This document shows, piece after piece, positions 10,128 to 23,595 of a stretch of 64,000 bases of DNA. The notes beneath the pieces are model-generated. The model worked only from the letters and a program-made list of their open reading frames with translations, had not been told where the DNA came from and did no database searches. The stretch is taken from NCBI RefSeq assembly GCF_002105155.1, contig NW_019028981.1:620001-684000 (forward strand), written 5' to 3'. This DNA comes from Lobosporangium transversale. Lineage: Eukaryota. Every line of letters starts with the position of its first letter. Position 1 is the stretch's first letter. Made by a program: the position numbers and the translations under genes.

Positions 10128-13100
10128 TCATGTCCGTGCAAAGACTTTGGCATCATCAAAGGTTCTACTCTCCCCATCAGAAGGTAATGCAGATGTAGAG
10201 GAAGAAATTAATGATGGTGGTGGTATTGAAGGGTCAACTGAGCTGCGCCTCCTATCTGTAGGCTGTGGTAGCCTCGAGTATCCTCTCACTTCGCCGTTTG
10301 GTGTTGTTGTTGTCGTAGGTTGTGCTGCTTGTCCCCAGAATAACGCCTTTGGCACACGACTGTCAGCCATACTAAGGTTGGATATTGGTGCTGCTGGAGT
10401 AGGGATACCGTTTCCAACACTAAAGCCCCTGGAGAGTCCAGATTCCGCTTTTTTACTGCTATTACTATAATTAAGGTCTGTCCTTAGTTCATGTAAGGGC
10501 CCTAATGGCGGCAGCACGATGCTAGAAATTTGGTTCTGTAGGTACTGATCCCGGGTCTGAGGAATATCCTCTGGCAGCACAATGGGGGCCTCTAAAACTT
10601 TAGGATCTGTAGCTCGGATTTCAAGTTTGCTGACAATACTAGAGGTTGATCTCCCAGAGTTTTTATCCCCTTTGGTCTTGTTATCTATGTTTTTATCCTT
10701 GTCGTCTCTTTGAATAGATGTTTGTCGATCACGCATACTGTCGAGGGAAGTTGCAGACGAAGCAGCCATTCGACGAACATCTTCTTGGATCTGATTATCG
10801 AAATCCACAGGCCGGAACCCATGTACCCCTCGCGGGACTATAGTAGTGGTGATCGTCTTGTTGACAGAGTTGACAGGCGTCATTAATGAAGAAGAAGACT
10901 GGGGATCTTCATAAGACATATTCTTTCCTTCGGTAGCAGAAACCGTGGTTACCGGTGGTTTTGGCGAAGAAGCCAGAGAAACAGCCGCCGCCGATGCTGC
11001 ATCTGTGTCCGATAAGAATGAATGCTTCTGAATCTCGGACGAGAGTGCCGATATAAATATCGAGGAGTTGGACGATGTGGTGGTGGTGAAGCCAGAGGAA
11101 GTCGTGGAGGAGCAAGTCGACGTTTCAGAAACACCATAGTCTGTCTTTCTCTGGGGGTTATTGCCTTGACCTTGATCTTGGCCTCGATTAGGGGCCGCAG
11201 TCGAAGTAGCACCTATGTGGGCTACTGCACTATCGGCTGTCAGTGCGCTGGTGCTGCTTTTGCAGCGGTGAAGTTGATCACGATCGACATCGTCTGTGCC
11301 GCTGTATGACTTGACCATCATCTGATCGCCATTGTTGTTATGATTTGTCCGTCCAAATGCGCTGCCGCTACCACTCCGTGACAGGGCGGTGGCAGTAACA
11401 GCAGTAGAAACGTTTTTGAGGTTTTTGTTACCGTCTCGGAAAATGGCTGGGACGATAATAGGTGCTGAAGAACGCTTTGGATTCATACTGGGCCGAGTTA
11501 CTGGTGGCATTGGCATTTGAGTGCGTGGTGATACGTTTTGTGTATGGTCAGCATGTGGAATGGCGCCATAACTAAAGCCATGGCTGTCCATGGACATTGG
11601 TCGATGCTTACTCTTGGGTGGGACAATAGGCAATCGCGAAGTTGATAAATTTGCAAATGATGTCGAATATGGTGAAGCTGCGGTAGTGGCAGTAGCAGCA
11701 ACTCTTGAGCTATTAGGCATGGTCTCCCCAACTGTAGGCCGCCTATTCGTTGGTGCGGCTTGTGTTGGTGTCGATTGCTGTTTCCGCTCCATACTCCCGT
11801 CCTGGCCATCTCGTGGCAACGGGTTATAGCCCCTTCCACTCACTTCGCGGTGACCAATGCCACTATTTGCGCTAGCAGGAGTTACTGCTACTGTATCATC
11901 ATACAAGCTCCCTTTGATAGAGGTTTGGCGGCCCAGCTTTGGGGACAATGGAGGCGTAGCAGTGCTTTCACGGTAGTTTGCATTGTTCAAGCTATAGCTC
12001 TCAAGTGACCCAATGACTGCGGCTTTTCGAGTGCGTCCCACAGCATTAGCAGAAGCAACGCCTGAGTGCTGCTGTTGCTGCTTTTGTTGTTGGAGGGCAT
12101 GGACTGATGGATGAAGCTGTTGCAATGGGCTGGGTTTGTACTGCGAGGAGGCTCGAGCAAGGGGACCCCCATACATTGGCTTTTCGCCAATGCTGGTGTT
12201 GCTGTTTTTATGTTCGTCAATCCTGCTGCTACTGAATTGTCCGTTGAGATGAGGAGTGCCTAAAGGAACCCTTAGGACCTCCCGAGCATTGTATTTGGCA
12301 TCAGAAAGCGGATATTGGTGTTGGTGCGTTTGAACGTGATTGGGCATTGGAATGGATGTAGTTGCAACGGAGGGTTTGAAAGGTGGGATGACAGGCAATT
12401 CTCGTGAGAGTCTCGAGGCTGTGAGGCGAGTGGTGCATGGAATCATGGAGAGTTGGATAGTAAGGTCCTCGATCTGAGCACTGAGGTCCTGGTTCTGGAT
12501 ATGAATCGATCGCACGCGCTGAAATTAAAAGAATATTAGCAACTGCAAGATACCCTTCCAACAGGCTCTATCTCTACAATGTAATAAAAAAGCGGGATAA
12601 AGCAATTCTTGTCTATTTACCTCAAGATACTCTTCCAATTGGCTCTCCTTTATACTCTTGGCGAACGCAAGGCCCGGCGCCGAGATGAACATGTCAAATA
12701 TAAGCTTGGACACAAGCCTCAAGTGCGTATTCTTAATAAAAAAAAGTTAGGGCTTTTATTATCCCTGGATACTATGTTTCACAACATTATCAACAATCAA
12801 CAATCAACATGAAACTTTGTATTTCCTTACCAAGTATGCCAAAATTTCCTTCTCCTCGCCAGGCTCGAACTTGATTCCTACATAGTCACTGCTACTAATA
12901 GCCTCTGCTGTTGTAGGAGGTATAATCGCACTATTCCGTCTCCCTCTCATGTTATCAAGTAATGAGCCTGAGGACCCGACACCTAGCGCCAGCAAGCCTT
13001 GGCCTTTTGAAGAAAATGAGCCGCTCTCCCTTCCTCCAGTTCCTCCAATTCCATTTCTGATGAGCCCTCGCGTATCTTCCGTCGCCTCTATGGATTGTCT

Positions 13101-16100
13101 CGACGCTGTTGTTGTCGAAGCTAATGTTGATGGGATATCAACACCGCACATCTTAATAATCTCTTTCAAGTGCGTAATCCATTCAGAATAATTGTAGATA
13201 CCGCGATTGAAATCCTCGTCACTACTGATGCTTGTCTCCCATGGCAACGACGAAAGGCCATTCTTTGTAATATTGCCCTTGTTTTGGTCCGCTACTGTCT
13301 CTTTCAAGATGCGGTCTCGCAAGTCAGGCTCTACTGCAAGGATTGCCGCTAGAATACTAACAGATGCCTGGGCATTTGAAAATACTGGAGTTTGATCCAA
13401 GGAGAGACCTGACGAAGGCTGAAGGAGCCCTGACGATGATCCACTGTTCCCGAAGCGTATGGATATTGGCTTTGGGACGGAAGATGAGCGAGATCGAGCT
13501 CCTGAAGTAGAGCACGCTCCCGTAGCCACAGAACTATTTGTTCGACCACTAGATTTAGGATCTCCTTTAAAAAATCCAGTCTTTGACTTCACTCCAAAGG
13601 AATGAGGAAGAATGGGGGTAGAATGGATGGCGAGGGTACGCATAAGACCAAAGAATACGCTTCCTTCCATAACAAGAGAATCAATACCTCCTTCAAGCGT
13701 GACGATCGCCCTGATACACTGAAGGACCTGATGCAAAAGGCGTTCACGATGTCCTAGTTTCCTGTGTTTTTTTTTTTTTTTTTAAAAAAAAATAAATAAA
13801 TAAATAAATGTGCCCAGATGTCAAGTTATTTTCGACCACTTAAAGGAAAGCACGCTTACATTTCTTCTGATTTCTGTAAATGAGAACAGAACTCCAATAA
13901 TGCAAGAGATCCGCCAGCCTTGATAAACTCTCCTGTCCAACGGATTGAGCCGTTCCGAATCAATACACGTAGCTTCTTTAGCACCTGCTCTCGTTCTTCC
14001 AGTGCTCTCTTCCCATTCCTTGCGCTGCTACCGCTGTTATCACCGCCGCTCAGCAGTGATGATAGATGCTGCTGGAACGAAGAAGGAAGATCGAAGTGGG
14101 GTGAGGATGGACTATTAAAATTGCCATTGCTAAAAGACCCTCCATATTGGTCGAGGCTAGTGGCGCTCTTGTTCTTACACATGTCAAAGGATCCATTATT
14201 GTTATTGCCATTATTGTTGCTATCGTCGCTTTTGCTGGCGCTGTTATTATTTAAGAAAAATAACTCTCGAGACGATCGCTCCTTCTTCTTCTCCTTATTA
14301 TCTTTACGCTTTCCTGCGAACTCCAATAGTGCCTCAATAAAGAACTGCGGCGGCATGGTCTGAGGTGTCTGATACAGAGTTGGATTAGCCTCGTTGGATT
14401 GTAGCATAGTCCATTTACGGTCTTTAGGCAGTAATTCCAATTGCGCCCTCGTGGTAGCAGGAAGCGATAATGACGCCTAAATGGTCAAATAAAGAATTAC
14501 GAGTAACATGATGAATACAAGCGTCTACATTATTGTAAAATATCAAATATCCTCTGTGAAATATCGCACGTTAAGCTTTACAATCATGTTGTCAAAAGCG
14601 ATGTCAATTGGATCCTTGGCGATCTCATTCATTGGATCTTGCTCTATAGAGCAGCCGCGTGTGGATGCAGAAGCGTTGCAATCCCCTTCTCTCGTCGTTT
14701 TAAGCTCGACTGATGCTCTAGTTGCATAAATGGCCGTGTGGGTTAAGGAAGAGTTCTCTAAGATAGGCTGCCTTTGAATTGGGGGTTGTTGGTGTGCTCT
14801 GTCCTCATATACTGAGCGCCGCTTATTTTGTGTATGGTTACTGTTTACAGCAAGATGGGCTGATGACGAAAGCAGCATCGGGTTCTTAAAGTTATCTCCT
14901 CGTTGTCGTTCACGATCTTCATGATTCTGGCCTTGCGGTGTAGCTGGCATGGAATGCCGTCGAGCCTTGCCATCCACTCCACTGTTGCTGCTGTTACTGG
15001 CCTCCTTGCTGTGTCGACTACCTGTTGAATTCTGCCGACCTAGCGATGATGTGAGGATGACAGCGTGGGCTCCAACCCCATTATCTGTGTCTGCTTCCTT
15101 GCGTTTCTGTCTGAGCTCTTCGAATCCTCGCTCCCATTCTTGTTGTGAGGGTAGCCGAGGCCGATTGGAGCTTGGTGCCAGTGCCAACAGTTGGTTTAGC
15201 ATAGCAGAGTTACTCGGTATGACTTCAGCAGTTAAGAACCCTTGGGCTCTCTGCTGCTGTTGGTGCTGCTGTTGATGTTGTGAAGGTATGGATGACGCAG
15301 AGGATGAGGATGGGGTAGACATAGCTGGCTGAATAGGCAAGGTGTCGCGAGAAATGTTTTGGGTTGGTACTATATTAGTTTTCCTGGGACCAGAGGAAGA
15401 TTGTGAGGATAATGGCGAAGGAAGAATTAGGTCTGCTGAAAGTCTCTCCTGTTCCGGTGAATGACGCGTCTGTTGCTGCTGTATCTCAAGGGCGTTAAGA
15501 GGCCTATTCTCTGACATCTGATAAGGGAAATTATGGGATCTATGCGGTTTTGGCGTTGAGATTGTTGACAAAGTCGATTCCAGTGATGATATTGATGATA
15601 ATGATACTGCTGTTACTACTGTTGTTTGAGTAGGCGCAGGCGCCCCCATCATGGGTAGCGCATGGTTCAAGGGGTTCGTTGGGCCTGCTGTAGCTAAAGC
15701 AGTATTTGCCCCAGGTCCGAGACTTCGTATTGAGCTCCGTCGTGAACTTCCAAGGCTTGAATGCCCTTGGTCATTTATATCGTAGATATCAAACGTCATA
15801 TCTTCCATTTGCAGGCTGCTGTCACTGGCATTGAGGCTTTTATCGTTATTATTAACACTACTCCTTTCCTGTTGCTCAAGACAATTACTGGCACAGGCTT
15901 TCGATAGATCATCATCCACGACCGCGCCAGTTAAGCGATTATTATTATTATTGCTATTACTATTACTATTATACATGTTGTTGTTGTTATTGTAGTTGTT
16001 GTTGCTGTTGTTGCTACTGCTATTACCGATGCTGTGTGGCTGCTGTGAGTGCTGTAGTAACTGCTGCTTGAGAGCATGCACCTTGGACTGATATTTTGGA

Positions 16101-16975
16101 GGTGTGGGTGACAAGGGTCTATCGCAGGGAAGAGATTTTGTTTGTGTTTGTATTTGTGTCATTGTACTCTGTAATGCATCCCTTTTATTGTTTTTATTGC
16201 TGTCATTCGTGTCCAACATGTCATCTGTGTGATGCTGGCCTGCAGAGACTTCTGTTGTTGATGCATACAATGGTAATCCTTGCAGCTCAGCAGGTGAACC
16301 TGCTACAACTCTTGGTGCTGTTTGTTCAGATGGAAGCGAAGTTTGTTGATGCTGTTGCTCAACCATTGGTTGATAATCATCACCTGCGATTACAGTACTC
16401 TGACGAGCCTTGCCTCTCCAGAATGTGTCTTTGCTCGGCGGCGCTGGAGGTGAGTTAGATCGAGGCTTGTTATTTGTAACGGTTGTGGGGAGCGTGCATG
16501 GGGATATTATGGTCGTAGGCGAAGCAACAAGGTTAGTCTGTGAAGGATTCGCGTTCCTAGACTTTAGATTGAACAGATCAATCTTGTTAGCAAGCTTCTC
16601 TTTTGCCTTTGACTTGGGATTGTTATTGTTGGCCTTGTCTTTGTTTTTGGAGAGAAGAGACATCTGTGGAGAAGGGAACTGTCGCTGTTCTTTCTTTTTG
16701 AGGTCTGGAGAAGTAGTTTCTGGGTGAAAAAGATTTGGAGAGAGAGGAGAAGGGCTCTCTGGTTCCGATGATGTTGTTAAGACCTTGGTGTTGTTGGAAG
16801 AGGAAGAGGTCATAGACAACCTCCGAGCAGCCTTGGCAATCTGGCCACCGATATTTGAGAATCGAGTCTTGACAGGAGGTGGTGGTGAAAAAGGACGAGT
16901 AGTAGCAGTGTGAGGAGCAGACAGCGGTGTATGTTCTTGCCTGTCCTGGTGATAGTGCTGTTCTGGATCAATCAT
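10128..16975 (-). CDS. Large (~2150 aa) protein with central formin-type GTPase-binding/FH3 region flanked by low-complexity arms; no FH2 domain seen
   Basis: Exons 16975-14582, 14476-13860, 13761-12831, 12731-12621, 12518-10128 join in frame. GBD-like segments: IDIAFDNMI.SLSLP...LELLPKDRKWTML, LKKLRVLIRNGSIRWTGEFIKAGG, QVLQCIRAIVTLEGGI. FH3-like end: YLERVRSIHIQNQDLSAQIEDL. Confidence 0.8.
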
Positions 16976-18737
16976 GATATCCCTGTCTATCGTGTGATTA
17001 TTGTGAACGCTATAGTGTCGTGCCTTTTTTCAACAATTGAAGCGTTAATTAAGGAAAGTGTGGACTGCAATGCGTTTTCGAAGTTGCAAGGCTGAGATGA
17101 GAGAAGAAAAAGAAGTTAAAGAAAAGCGGTGAGTGAATAAAGGTGATATGGAATGGTTTACAAGTCGTTCGCATTGATTATGAAGCAGGCACAACAGAAA
17201 GGGAGGAAGTAAATGAAGAAAACAAATTAAGCTTGCCTGTCTACCTGACAGTCTGTCGAAGTAATGAGTTAAATAATGAAGGAGCAGGATAATGCAGCAA
17301 TGTATTCGCGACTCAAGGCTTAAAGTAATGGGGCAAGGATCCATGACAGCGAGAAAACACCCACATTCGATGTTAACCACATAGACATCCACAGTGATGA
17401 AAAAAACACTTCAATGGTCATCCATTGCACAATATGTTTGTGTCGGAGTTACTCAACCTCAAGTAAACTAAACTTGTAAAATAATGTACGTTTATATATT
17501 AAGTATGTATACATAATGTTGTTATGATATGCAGAGTTCAGGCACCAGAGAGGGATGAATGGTCATCAGTAGTTTTTGTTGCAGGAAGCTTTTTTGTCCC
17601 CCGCAACGGACGATCAACTTATCCAGATGAGGATGACTTTTTTTTCTTCCATGCCTCGATGTGCCTTTTACCCATGTTGCCTTCAACCTTGATAGCTATC
17701 TAACTTATATATACACGCCGACAGATCATGACCATCTGCCTTCTGTACTCGACTAAATAAAATATGTTGTTCAAGGGAGACACTCTCCCGGACTGATTAT
17801 TAAACGCTCACTCCTTTTCAAAGTACATCGCATATATACTTCCTCATGGTTGACCCAAAATACTAATCTGTACTGTTTTAGTTTTAGAACTTTGAGTATT
17901 GAGGGATGAAGAGAGGTAAGTGAGCACTGCAGACTTACAGGTGGATGAAAAACCGATTTAGAACGAAAGGTTTGTTAAATACAGAGAAAGGATGAGGATA
18001 GAGGCACCAGTGATATAATAGTGAAATGAAGGAAAAAAAGAGAATGTACGAAGGAAGGGAAAGGAAGGGAAAGAAAGAGCAGAAGAGATGGAGTAAAAAA
18101 TAGGGGTAAAGTGAAATGAAGAGAAAGCTTAGGAGGTTTTCTCTTATTCTCTTCAGCATCCATCCTTGTCAAAAGAGAACACAGACCCGTACGCTTTGTT
18201 AGTGCTTGTGGTCTGATAAACACTTACAGTTGGACCTGCATGCCCATGCCCTGTAATGTTCAGTTCTGTTAGGGACAATACATATTCACATCAACCATTC
18301 AACAAAACATGCACCGTTTTTCCTCAGCTCTTAATTTGAGACAGCTCTTATGTCATAGACCTTTCTTTTCTAGTTGTACCTTTTTTCCACAACAGCACGT
18401 CTACGTCCTTTGTATCCCCAAGAAAAGAAAGTGACCCTCTTGACTAATAATTTTCTTCATGAGAAAATATATAATCATAAATGTGTCTAGCTTCCCATAC
18501 CATAAAAAAAAAAGTAAGTATGCGTTTTACCTCCAATTACAAGCCAGGCTCTCACAGAATTCCGATTGCCTCTGTTAACCTAGCCTCTTTTTCCCACCTC
18601 CATCTGGCCCAACCCAGCCGCAGCCAGAAACAAGGACAGTCTCTGCCAATGCACACTGCCTTTTCTCGTACCATGTATCACCATCACCAGGATTGTTTAT
18701 CCCCTACTTTTAAATTACCCCTAAAATTGAGGTCATC

Positions 18738-18768
<31 letters not shown>

Positions 18769-21700
18769 GTATTTTACGACTTACCGGGATTCCTGTCTCC
18801 TGAAGGATGGTCCAGTTTCCTGTTCTTATTTTCCACATTTTAGAGCTTCTGTGCTCAACGATTGCTTTGTGGTATTTATCAAAAATAAAAATACATGTTT
18901 ATCAAGTAATAGAAACCATGATGTCAAAGAAAGGAAAACTCATTTTGGATCAAGCGGGACTTTTACAAGCATGGTGTGCGTTCATTAGTGGCGCGTCACC
19001 AAGCGAAGGATTGTAGTGAACATGCATCTGAAAAAACGTCTCAATTGCAGTCCTGGGTCTCTCTTCTTTGCTTACACAAATGGGTTCTTTTGTAGCACAA
19101 GTTGAATGTGTCCACGGTCCTACTTACGTGGCTACGTAATGTATGGTGATAATGTCACACTATACGATAGAGCCCATCTAGAGATCCTCATTGCATTTGC
19201 ATCCTAACACTGTGCACGCGTTCTGCTTTTCCTCCTGACATCGGCCCCACAACCCACCCTCCTTTCTTTGTAGGTGTTTGATCCTAACATGGCGATAGTG
19301 CAAAAAGGTAATTAAAGTTGTGAATAGTAATCAGTCATCTGATCCGACAGCTAAATTTGTCATTGAATGTTGCCCTCAGCATTGAAGAAAAAGTGGGCGT
19401 TCAAATCTTTTTGTATCAATGGCGCAATGGCAAAAAGTATTGGATTGAATAAAGCATAACTCCCATGGTTGCCTTGTGGAGAAGTATCTCTCCAAAAATA
19501 CATGATTTTATTCTTGGATGTAGTCTGGGACAAATATATAAACATATCTATATACAATGTTTGTTGTTGTTTGTTGTACTTGGACAAGCAAGCATGGATG
19601 TGTGAGGATGTGCATTTTGGTATAAAATGGGAGAGTCACTATGGATTTTGTAATATCTGCAAGAGTGGTGTCCGTCTTTTTGGCAGGGAAAACATTACAA
19701 ATAGCTCGTTTCTTGGTGCCGAAGATTTTTCGACATTCTTACCCCTATTGTGAGTGTTTTCTGAAATACCGTCAAGTCTTGAAGAGAAAGGAAAGTGAGC
19801 ATAAATCTTGATCCGTGGGAAATGAACTTGCATCTTGGATACTCGAGAAGGTGATAAAATAAGATCCAATAGATCCACGAGGAAGATGGGCTTGATTTTA
19901 TTAATTGGTTTATTGCATAAGCCGGTGACTATGAGAGCCCACCCTTCTCTTAATCAATCATCTAATCCATCTTTTTTTTTTTTTTTTTTTTTTTGGGCGG
20001 GGAGGAGAGGAGTTAGCTCAGAAACATGATGTGAGGAACGTCATACTTCCTTCGAGAAGCAAAACGAAACTGATAAAAAAGATTGCATTGCATGATAAGG
20101 ACATGCCGTGTCCGAGAGAAGCAGATTTGGCCCAGACTACCTCTTGTACTCCAAGAAAAATGCCGTTGGGAGGGTCCAAAATACTCCATTCATTTCCTCT
20201 CCCCTGTCTGAATTATGATAACATATTTCATTCATGCAAAGTTTCTTATTCCTATCTATTTCATCGTCATCATAGTAAGGAGCACGATCAAAGTTGAGGA
20301 AAAAGCATAAACAGCGACAGTATACAATGAATTCACTCGGATATGCGGAAGGAATGAAAGAATCGAAGAGGAAAGGGGACATAGCATGGGGATTCGTAAT
20401 ACTTTTTTTCTTGAGCAACCCTCATGATAAATAGAGGGAATGGCTTTTTTGAAGATGGGAGATGAATATTTATTTTTAAAGCTTCGTAGGGTTACACAGC
20501 AAAAAAGTAATGGACCATAGTAGATTGAGTTGGCGAGCACAAAGGAAACACACAACAGGTAGGTCAAAGAACCAAAAGAAAAGACTTGCGGAGGATGATT
20601 GAGGTTATCAGTTTGATGGCGATGATGACAACGGGAAGAGTCCTCTTTGGTTAGGCCTTCATTTTGACTTTATATTATAAATTTTCATCTTTGTTAGAAT
20701 GAGAGCGGCTCCATTTTTTATGGGCAAAATATAATATGTATCTCATAGACACCCGCATGCTCCACTGACGCAGAAAGAGGTAACACAGATGAAGAAAGAA
20801 AGAAACAATACCCCCAGGAGATCTTGGAATGCGGGTTCAACCATTTGTGCTGTCTGCTGCAGAGTAGGGCTGTCATGGAGTTTGAGGGGTCTTTTGCTCC
20901 TCTCTGGCGCCAATTGTCAGGTACCAAATAAAGCTAATCAATCTCATCAATGTTTAACAAAGACGATCCATCCGAAGACTGACCTCTCTTGTGTGTTGCA
21001 CTCTTTGTGCTCTATTTTCTCTTAGCTCTTAATTCAAGCATCCGACAACAAAATAGGAAGGCATGAAAACTTTGTCTTGCATGGCTCTCGGTTCATTTTG
21101 TTCGCATGGTGTTTCTTTATTCTTTTGCTCTATGTGAGTATCCTTCCTCCCCATCCTCCCCGCATTATCGCTTTATGCTGTTCTATCAGCTGGGTATGTG
21201 AGAAAGAAGAAAGATGAATGAAAGGCATCTGTGCACGTTCTCATGCCACAGTTACAGATGACAACTAATAAATGGCGTAAAAAGAAGGCAAGCGTAATAA
21301 ACCAGCTACTGTTCAAGGTGTATCTTACGACTGTGGAGGAAAAAAAAAAAAAAAAAGCAAAGGTGGATGGTCAAGCCTGTGCGGAGCAAACGCATCTGAT
21401 TGTTTATTTGAATGTTTGTTTCTATTTCCACATAATTCTATTTTCTACATCTTCCTCTTCTCTCCCTTCTTTTTTTTTTTTTTTTTTCTTCTTTTTTTTT
21501 CTTCCTTGATGCTCCTTCAACTCTTTTCAATTACCTCTACTTTATTCGCCTCTTTTCAATTACCCTACTCCCTCCATCTTCTTTCCTCTTTGCTCTCTAC
21601 TGCTCCTACCTCTCACTCTCGTCTTTGTCACCAATTATTAATTGTTAACTATTAACTATCAATTCTTAATACACTTATTCATCCTCCATATCATTATCTT

Positions 21701-22057
21701 TCTTGCCTTGTTCTGTACTCTAATCGTGCTTATTTTCATCTCATCTCATATTCATTCATTCATTCATTCACTTCATTTCATTTCATCCTTCTCTTCAGTA
21801 AAACAATATTCTCCTCAAGGTGAGGTCATATCTCTCTCTCTCTTTCTCAGATACACATTTTACCGCAGTAGTAGCACACCGCCTACTCTCTTCCTTTATA
21901 TTCAATTCAATTTATTAATAATCTGTGAAAGGAGTGGACGAGCCAGTCAGTCTACAAATTCCATGAAAGCAATGGTGATACGCCCAAGCGGCTTGTTTCT
22001 TGGAATAATAATTAAGTACTGCGCCCATACATGCCTAGTTGCCGGGAAAAAAAAGGC

Positions 22058-22094
<37 letters not shown>

Positions 22095-22877
22095 GCGTCC
22101 ATGCCACGTTCTTGAGGATAAAAAAAAGTTTTGATTCCTTACTGTCATATTAATTCGAGCCTTTTAATGATTGAACGGTTTCTTCCGACAAGAACGAAGA
22201 AGACTGATCTGATCAACCCAATTGTTATTCCAGTTCCTATCTTTGTTATCTAAACCATTGTATTGAATACTCTTTCAACTACAAATCATGGTTATAATAT
22301 CCCCTATCCTGCCCATTACAGTCATCTCGGAACTTGGGTGATATTCATGCATTGGAAGAAATGAAATACAATTTCAATCACATATTTATAATAGCTGATC
22401 AGGATAGGCGCATAAAGATAATGCCACTCTCTGCCCCCTTCATATGCCTTATTCGTTCAGTAGATATGTTTTTGTATCCCCAGGTATACTCACCCCTCAC
22501 TGCATCCCCTGCCTGGATGGGTCCAATGGGACATTGTTGCTGGAAAATAGAGCAAGTTTGAGAATGAAGTGAGATAGAGGACAAAGGCGTAAGGATAGTG
22601 TTGATTCTAATGAACCTATATTTTCGCCTATTCTGGTTGCCTGCTTTTGCATACTTGCACCTAGCGCTGTATGCTCGTTGCACAGCTCGCATTGCAAGCC
22701 TCCTTTGGATCCTTCATATTTCTTTTTTCTCCAAAAATCGTGGTACACCCTGGCCTCAGTGGTTGTGGTAACCTTTTCTCATCAATCTCTTGTCCTTCAT
22801 TTTATTTTATTTTATGTTTGTATATGGTGTTCTGTTTCTTTCCTATCCATCCATCGCTTTTTTTGGGCGTCACTAAA

Positions 22878-22913
<36 letters not shown>

Positions 22914-23595
22914 GATGTGTGTGTTTTGGTAATGTCATCTTCGCCATGACCGCGTGTAAACAATACGGGGGACGTGGCATACCCCACTCCCCACTTGCCC
23001 CTTTTGTAACCTATGAATATGAAAGCGAGAACCTAATAATAACCAGAAGCTTCTAATTTACACAGATACATAGACTGTCTAAACGTCCACTGCGGAGGTT
23101 ACTAAGGAACAAAAGCCAAGCGTATCGATCGGTCTCGCAGAAATATCCCTGTCTGTCCATCTCGGTTATCTCAGCCCACGTTTTTTTTTTTTTTTTTTTT
23201 TTTATTTTAAAAAAAGATGCGATCTGTGTGACAGAAAGCAAAAAAAAAAAAAAGCAAAGACCTCCCTCCATTCTCTCCCTCCTTTCTTTCTCATTGTCTG
23301 GTCTTCTTGGACAAAGCTCGATCCATCATCTCTGCCATTTTTCACTTCTTTACAACTCAATCACAGGTACAATCAATCATTCCTTTGTTCACATCCCCCT
23401 ATCAGTCCGTCGTCCTGGCGTTTCTTCCATTTTTTTTTTTTTTTTTGAAGTTAAACCTTCTTATATTACCAGGTTGAATAACAACAAAACCAACTCTATT
23501 TCTTCCGTTGTTGCTTATTGTTTCTTGTTTTTCTATTACCACCCTTCCATCTCCCCCTTGGAATCCTTTTTTATTCCTTTTCCGAAAGATCAGAC

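Noticed and set aside
21138..21148. GTATCCTT, a U12-type donor-like sequence
   Set aside because: Not at any modelled exon boundary; no U12 intron is supported in this window.
17000..23500. Numerous short ORFs in the intergenic stretches (also 27300-30100, 31400-34900, 37850-40700)
   Set aside because: Mostly poly-F or poly-K products of homopolymer runs, with no recognisable domains or spliceable frames.
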